64,000 bases of DNA, from the NCBI GenBank assembly GCA_963841435.1, contig CAWJCS010000005.1, positions 256,001 through 320,000 on the forward strand. Direction: 5' to 3'. Position numbers and translations under genes: made by a program. Of this stretch, positions 58,870-64,000 are shown in pieces. This DNA is from an uncultured delta proteobacterium (lineage in GTDB: Bacteria > Myxococcota_A > Polyangia > Polyangiales > Polyangiaceae). How positions within the stretch are numbered: position 1 is the stretch's first letter; every line of letters begins with the position of its first letter. The notes under the pieces were generated by a model, which saw only the letters and a program-made list of their open reading frames with translations, searched no databases and was not told where the DNA came from.

Positions 58870-59880
58870 GTGGACGCCTCGGGACGAGCCGAGCACGACG
58901 AGCGTTCCGCGTCGGCGCGCGGCTTCGCCTGGACCGAAGCGCCCGAGCCGCACGCCGAGCGGCGCCGCGCCATGCTGCGCGACCATCCCGAAATTCGCGC
59001 CCTCTACGGCCCTTCGACGCGCACCAAGTACGTCTGCACCGCGCTCGTCGCCGTTCAGCTCGCCGTCGCATACCTCCTCCGCGACGCTTCGTGGGTGTGG
59101 GTCGTCATCGTGGCGTACGCCTTCGGAGGCGTCGTCAACCAGTCGCTCCTGCTCGCGATTCACGAGCTCAGCCACAACCTCGCCTTCCGGCGGCCTGCGT
59201 ACAACCGTCTGTTCGCGGTGTTCGTCAACCTGCCGATCGGCGTGCCCGTGGCGGAGACGTTCCGCTACTACCACCTCCTGCATCACCTCAATCAAGGCGA
59301 CGAGCGGCTCGATACCGATCTACCCACCGAGCTCGAAGGCCGGCTCACGCGCGGGCCCGTCGGCAAGCTCCTCTGGCTCAGCGTGCAGGGGCTCGCGTAC
59401 GCCCTTCGCCCGCTCATCGTCCACCCGAAGCGCCCGAGCCTCGCCGAGCTCGGCAACCTCGTCGTCGTTTTCGCCTTCGACTGGGCGGTGCTGCACTTCT
59501 GGGGCGTGAAATCGCTCGCGTACCTGCCGATCGGCTCGCTCGCCGTCATGGGTCTGCACCCGATCGCCGGCCACTACATTTCCGAGCACTACGTGTTTCG
59601 CCCGGGCCAGGAGACGTACTCGTACTACGGGCCCCTCAATCTCATCGCCTTCAACGTGGGCTACCACAACGAGCACCACGATTTTCCGTACGTTGCGGGC
59701 GCGCGGCTGCCGGAGCTCCGACGCATCGCGCCCGAGTTCTACCGCGACCTTTTGCACCACGGATCGTGGACGGCAACGCTCGTTCGCTACGTCACGCGCC
59801 CGAGCCTCGGTGGTTTTAGCCGCGTCAAACGCCGCACGCGCGGGGACGCGTCGTCGCGCACGACGCCCGCCACCCGCTGA
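58870..59880 (+). CDS. Sphingolipid delta-4 desaturase/C4-hydroxylase (DEGS/DES1-like)
   Basis: N-terminal W..EPHAERRRAML..HPEI..L; His boxes HELSH, HLLHH, HNEHH; HPIAGHYISEHY; ETYSYYG. Confidence 0.88.
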   Translation: MDASGRAEHDERSASARGFAWTEAPEPHAERRRAMLRDHPEIRALYGPSTRTKYVCTALVAVQLAVAYLLRDASWVWVVIVAYAFGGVVNQSLLLAIHELSHNLAFRRPAYNRLFAVFVNLPIGVPVAETFRYYHLLHHLNQGDERLDTDLPTELEGRLTRGPVGKLLWLSVQGLAYALRPLIVHPKRPSLAELGNLVVVFAFDWAVLHFWGVKSLAYLPIGSLAVMGLHPIAGHYISEHYVFRPGQETYSYYGPLNLIAFNVGYHNEHHDFPYVAGARLPELRRIAPEFYRDLLHHGSWTATLVRYVTRPSLGGFSRVKRRTRGDASSRTTPATR

Positions 59881-59897
59881 GGCCCGAGGCTCGCGCC

Positions 59898-60266
59898 ATG
59901 GTCCGGTCGAACCTCGCCGCGGCGCTCTTCGCGCTGGCGCTCGCCCACGCGTGCGGCGGCGAGTCGAGCCTCGTTCACTCGGGCGATGCCCGTGGGACGA
60001 ACGCCGAGGACGCCGGCGCCGCCGGCGAGGGTCCGGCGTGCGACCCGTCGAGCGAGCACCAGCGCCGCTACATCGGGCTCGGGGCCGAGTGCCCCGGCGT
60101 CGAGTTCCGCTGCTACGATCCGACGACCGTCTTCTGGAACGACTGCGGCTGCGGCTGCGAGGAAGACCCGAATTGCCCCGAAGTCTTCGACTGCTCGCCG
60201 CGCGCGAGCACGCCCTGCACGCCCGAAGAGCTCGCTCACTGTCCGTTCAGCCGGGTGCTCGAATGA
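59898..60266 (+). CDS. Small Cys-rich lipoprotein
   Basis: AHAC lipobox; F.C...F.NDCGCGC. Confidence 0.72.
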   Translation: MVRSNLAAALFALALAHACGGESSLVHSGDARGTNAEDAGAAGEGPACDPSSEHQRRYIGLGAECPGVEFRCYDPTTVFWNDCGCGCEEDPNCPEVFDCSPRASTPCTPEELAHCPFSRVLE

Positions 60267-60278
60267 GCGAGCACGCGG

Positions 60279-60791
60279 TTACTTCTCCATGAACCGACGC
60301 AGCGCTTCGAACCACACGAGCTTGTGCCGGAAGCCCGGAAAGCTCGCGTTGAGGCCGCTCGGGTTCGGCACGACGAAAACGCGCGCCCCCGCGATCGTCT
60401 CGGGCTTCTCGCCGGCGCCGCCGCTTCGCGGCAGGCGGAAGTACGTCTGGTAGAGGCTGAGGCCCACGAACGCCACGACGCGCGGCTCGAGACGCGCGAT
60501 CTTTCGCGCCAGCGTGCGCCTGCCGCGCGCAATCTCGTCGCTCGTGAGCTCGGCCGCCGAGCGCGTGGGCCGCGGGCAGAGGTTCGTGAGCGCTATGCCG
60601 GACTCGGCGAGCCTTGCGTCGTCTTCGTACGTGAGCCGCTTCGGAACGAGGCGCGCCTCGTCCAGGAGTCGCCAGAACGGGTTGCCGTTCCCCGCGAAGT
60701 GGTGCCCGAGAGCGGCCGAGCGCAGCCCCGGGTTGATGCCGACGAGCAAGAGCCGTGGGCGGGCGACGATCACGTCCTTGAGGCGCGGCAT
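60279..60791 (-). CDS. mug: Mismatch-specific uracil-DNA glycosylase
   Basis: GINPG, HFAGNGNPFW, PNPSGLNA. Confidence 0.92.
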   Translation of the reverse strand: MPRLKDVIVARPRLLLVGINPGLRSAALGHHFAGNGNPFWRLLDEARLVPKRLTYEDDARLAESGIALTNLCPRPTRSAAELTSDEIARGRRTLARKIARLEPRVVAFVGLSLYQTYFRLPRSGGAGEKPETIAGARVFVVPNPSGLNASFPGFRHKLVWFEALRRFMEK

Positions 60792-60815
60792 GGCGGACGA
60801 AGGCGCCTCGCGGGC

Positions 60816-61229
60816 TCAGCCGACGACGGACACGACGACGCGCCGCGTGGGGCGTGGCCCGTCGAACTCGCAGAAGAAGACGTTTTGCCACGTGCCGAGC
60901 CCAAGCTCCCCGGCCGCGACGGGGATGGTTTCGGACGGACCGACGAGCGCGCTCTTGATGTGCGCAGCGGCATTGTTGTCGATGCGATCGTGCAGCCAGC
61001 CGTCGTGCTCGACGACCATTTTGCCGAGGGCGCGCAAGAAGTCCTTTCCGATGTTCGGATCGTCGTTCTCGTTCACGGTGATCGCGGCCGTGGCGTGTGG
61101 TGTAAAGATCGATATTTGACCGTCGCGCACACCGGACTCGCGCAAAACACCGCGCACCTGGTCCGTGATGTCGACGATTGCCTGCTTGTCGCGCGTCGGG
61201 AACGTGAGGGTGCGAGCGAAGTAGGTCAT
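60816..61229 (-). CDS. yjbQ: YjbQ/UPF0047 family protein
   Basis: HATAAI..NEN.DP, NAAAHIK, LGTWQ...EFDGPR. Confidence 0.92.
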   Translation of the reverse strand: MTYFARTLTFPTRDKQAIVDITDQVRGVLRESGVRDGQISIFTPHATAAITVNENDDPNIGKDFLRALGKMVVEHDGWLHDRIDNNAAAHIKSALVGPSETIPVAAGELGLGTWQNVFFCEFDGPRPTRRVVVSVVG

Positions 61230-61479
61230 GCCGAATCCTTCCCCGTTCTCGGAGCGGCGCAAGGGTTCGGCGCCGGCCCCCCGAGCCCCGAGCGTCTCCG
61301 CCCAGCGCGACGCGCCCCGGTGAAGCGTCTCACAGGGTCGGCCGAAAAAAGCACCGGCACCGCGATGCGCGCCAAGCAATCGTCCAAAAACCGCGGGAGC
61401 TTTGACCGTCCGAGCCGGGCGAGAGCGTCCATGGAACGAGCCCCGGCTCGCGTCGAGCACCGTGGCGGGTACCGCCAGA

Positions 61480-62997
61480 TTGAAGAACCGCTCGGTCGAT
61501 TCCAGACGATCCCCCGCACGGGGCCGGGCCCGTACGGCGCGAGGGCTTCGCCGCGCCGCCGCCTGCTCGGTCTTCGCCCTTTCGACGGTCCTGGCTGCTC
61601 CAGCAAAGGCGCACCGCACGGGCATCGTGGCCAACAACTGCAGTGGCTGCCACTCCAACGAAGGGGCATCCGTCGAGGTGAGCGCGAGCCCGCAGACGTT
61701 CGAGCCGGGCGACGACGTGACCTTCACGGTGACCGTGGCCCGTTCGCAGGGGACTGCGGCCGTCGGGGGCGTCTTCGTCGGACAGCCCGCCTCGGGTGAG
61801 CTTCGCACGATCGCCGGTGAGGGTCTGACGCTCGTTCCGGGCTCGGGCCTCACGCACTCGCAGCCGAAACCCGCGGTTTCCGGTGTCGTGACCTTTCGCT
61901 TCGGCTGGCGTGCTCCTGCCGAGCCCGGCGGTGTCACCCTCGCGGTCGCCGCGCTCGCTGCGAATGGCGATGGTCGATCGTCGGGCAACGTCGCCGGCGT
62001 GGCACGCTACCTCGCCGCGTTCGGCTGCACCGCCGAGCTTCTGTACGGCGACCTCGATCTCGACGGACACGGTACCGATCTGTTCGAGACGAGCATCGGT
62101 TGCGCGGGGGCACCGCCTCCCATGGGGTTTTCGCCGCTGAACGACGACTGCAACGACAACGACGCCGCCATCCACCCCTTGGCGGTCGAGAAGTGCAACA
62201 AGAAGGACGACGACTGCAACGGCGAGACGGACGAGAACGCGGAGCTCCTCGAGCTCTGGCCCGACGCCGATGGCGACGGCTACTATCGCGATCGGACGGG
62301 CACGCCGCTCGTCGGCTGCGTCGGCACGGTGGGGTACGCCGCAGAGCCGGGCGACTGCGCACCGGACGACCCGAACATCCATCCGGGCGCGACCGAAATC
62401 TGCAACATGCTGGACGACAACTGCGACGGCCGCATCGACGAGCGCGTGCGCCCGCAGTGCGGCATCGGCTTTTGCCTGCGTGAAAGCTACGACTGCGATC
62501 CGGCGCACTGCACGCCGGGCGCGCCAAGCCCGGAGAAGTGCAACTACCTCGACGACGACTGCAACGACAACGTCGACGACGGCGAGACCTGCGCCGCCGG
62601 AAGCGCGTGCCTCGCGGGCAGGTGCATCGAAAGCGAGGGCGTCGGCGCTGCGGGCGGGGGCGGCGCGCCACCCGGCGGCGGTGGCTCGGGGCTCGGAGCC
62701 GACAGCTCGGGTGGCGTGGCGGGCGGCGACGCTGGCGCTCGGGGCGGCAGCTCATCCACCGCAGGCGCGGCGGCGGGCGGCGGGACGGGCGTCGGCGGCT
62801 CGTCGCCGGGCGCCGCGAGCACCGAGGGCACGGCGAGCGGCGGCGCGCGAGCGACGCCGGTTAAGCCGAGCACGAACGCTCCGTCCGGATGCAGCGTGGG
62901 CCATGGCCGAGCCTCTCGGCGCTTCGGCCTGGTCGCCCTGCTCGCGCTCATGGCTGTGTTCGGAACGCTCAGCGCGGGCCGTCGTCGCCGCCGATGA
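61480..62997 (+). CDS. Surface protein: CxxCH/Reeler-like domain + MopE-type metal-binding repeats + MYXO-CTERM-like tail
   Basis: AKA|HRTG...CSGCH; DCND.D..IHP.A.E.CN..DDDC repeats; GCSV...TM..RRRRR; start uncertain. Confidence 0.82.
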   Translation: MKNRSVDSRRSPARGRARTARGLRRAAACSVFALSTVLAAPAKAHRTGIVANNCSGCHSNEGASVEVSASPQTFEPGDDVTFTVTVARSQGTAAVGGVFVGQPASGELRTIAGEGLTLVPGSGLTHSQPKPAVSGVVTFRFGWRAPAEPGGVTLAVAALAANGDGRSSGNVAGVARYLAAFGCTAELLYGDLDLDGHGTDLFETSIGCAGAPPPMGFSPLNDDCNDNDAAIHPLAVEKCNKKDDDCNGETDENAELLELWPDADGDGYYRDRTGTPLVGCVGTVGYAAEPGDCAPDDPNIHPGATEICNMLDDNCDGRIDERVRPQCGIGFCLRESYDCDPAHCTPGAPSPEKCNYLDDDCNDNVDDGETCAAGSACLAGRCIESEGVGAAGGGGAPPGGGGSGLGADSSGGVAGGDAGARGGSSSTAGAAAGGGTGVGGSSPGAASTEGTASGGARATPVKPSTNAPSGCSVGHGRASRRFGLVALLALMAVFGTLSAGRRRRR

Positions 62998-64000
62998 AGC
63001 CCTTCTTGCGAAAGTAGACGACCATGCCGACCGCCGTGGCCAGCATCATGAGCAGCACGAGCGGGTAGCCGAGTGGACGACGCAGCTCCGGCATGTCGTC
63101 GAAGTTCATGCCGTAGATGCCGGCGATGAACGTCAGCGGAATGAAGATGCTCGCCATGATCGTGAGCACTTTCATGACCTCGTTGGTCCGCATGCCGACG
63201 AGCGAAAGGTACGTGTTGAGGAGGCCGTTCGCGAGGTCGCGGTGGGACTCCACGACGTCGGCGAGCTGCGCGCAGTGATCGTAGGTGTCCCTGAGATAGA
63301 GCTGCACTTCGGGCGTGAAGCCCGAGGCGTCGCCCCGTTGCAGCCGCGAGAGCGCCTCGCGCTGCGGCAAAATCGCGCGGCTCGTGCCGGCGAGCGACGC
63401 GCGGATGCGGTTCAAGCGGTCGAGGTCGGTCCGCTGCGTGCGCTGCATCATGCGTGTCTCGAGCTCGGCCAGCTCCTCGCCGAGCCGCTCGATGATGGGA
63501 AAGTAGCCGTCGACGATGGTGTCGAGGATCACGTAGGCGAGGTAGTCGGCCCCCTGCGTCCGGATCGGTCCGATCCCGTCGCGGATGCGACGCCTCACGG
63601 GATCGAGCACGTCACCGTATCGCTCCTGGAACGAGAGCACGTAACCCTGATCGAAGAGCAGGCTCACCTGCTCGAGCTCGAGTGCCAGGTCGGCTCGGAG
63701 CTTTAGCATGCGGGTGATGAGCAGGTGCTGGTCGCCGTAAGCTTCGACTTTCGGCCGCTGGGGAATGTTCGCGACGTCCTCCAGGGCGAGCGGGTGGATC
63801 CGGAACGCGGCCGCCATCCCGCGGAGCAGCGGCTCGTCACCCAGTCCCTGCACGTCGATCCAGGTGACGCTCCCTTCACGCACGAGGGCGCGAGCATCCT
63901 CCGACGAGAACACCTCACAGTCCTTCACGCCATCGCGATCGTAGCGATAGGCGTGCATCCTCGGCGGCACGGCGTCGCTCCCGAGCACCAGCGTGCCCGG
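62969..64000 (-). CDS. corA: Magnesium/cobalt transporter CorA (5' partial)
   Basis: HPLALED, QRPK.E, IPLTFIAGIYGMNF..MPEL. Confidence 0.95.
   Translation of the reverse strand, partial: PGTLVLGSDAVPPRMHAYRYDRDGVKDCEVFSSEDARALVREGSVTWIDVQGLGDEPLLRGMAAAFRIHPLALEDVANIPQRPKVEAYGDQHLLITRMLKLRADLALELEQVSLLFDQGYVLSFQERYGDVLDPVRRRIRDGIGPIRTQGADYLAYVILDTIVDGYFPIIERLGEELAELETRMMQRTQRTDLDRLNRIRASLAGTSRAILPQREALSRLQRGDASGFTPEVQLYLRDTYDHCAQLADVVESHRDLANGLLNTYLSLVGMRTNEVMKVLTIMASIFIPLTFIAGIYGMNFDDMPELRRPLGYPLVLLMMLATAVGMVVYFRKKGFIGGDDGPR

Noticed and set aside
1-64000. Hundreds of long Arg/Ala/Pro-rich overlapping ORFs
   Set aside because: Shadow frames expected in high-GC DNA; they lie antisense or off-frame to motif-bearing genes

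Overview
GC-rich bacterial DNA whose gene content points to a Polyangiaceae/Sorangium-like myxobacterium (inference from Gly-rich-linker lipoproteins, MYXO-CTERM-like tails, a DUF1592/DUF1552 pair and an ECF/TPR cassette). The window holds about 55 protein genes, mostly secreted or lipoprotein, and I saw no rRNA, tRNA or CRISPR. The most notable items are: (1) an ECF sigma/anti-sigma cassette ending in a Cys-rich lipoprotein with a C-terminal Hint domain that lacks His-Asn; (2) an exported TldD/TldE pair; (3) an operon with two divergent arylsulfotransferase-like propellers; (4) a 197-bp MITE with 14-bp terminal inverted repeats and a TTAG duplication; (5) a small secreted peptide with a duplicated GYRDAxRRFGP core; (6) an orphan ACP+FabF pair; (7) a eukaryote-type sphingolipid delta-4 desaturase (DEGS/DES1-like); (8) a zone of deletion scars at 41.8-49 kb. 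Four genes are split by a single extra base at a doubled nucleotide, most likely sequencing error. All family calls come from motif recognition by eye; no searches were run.
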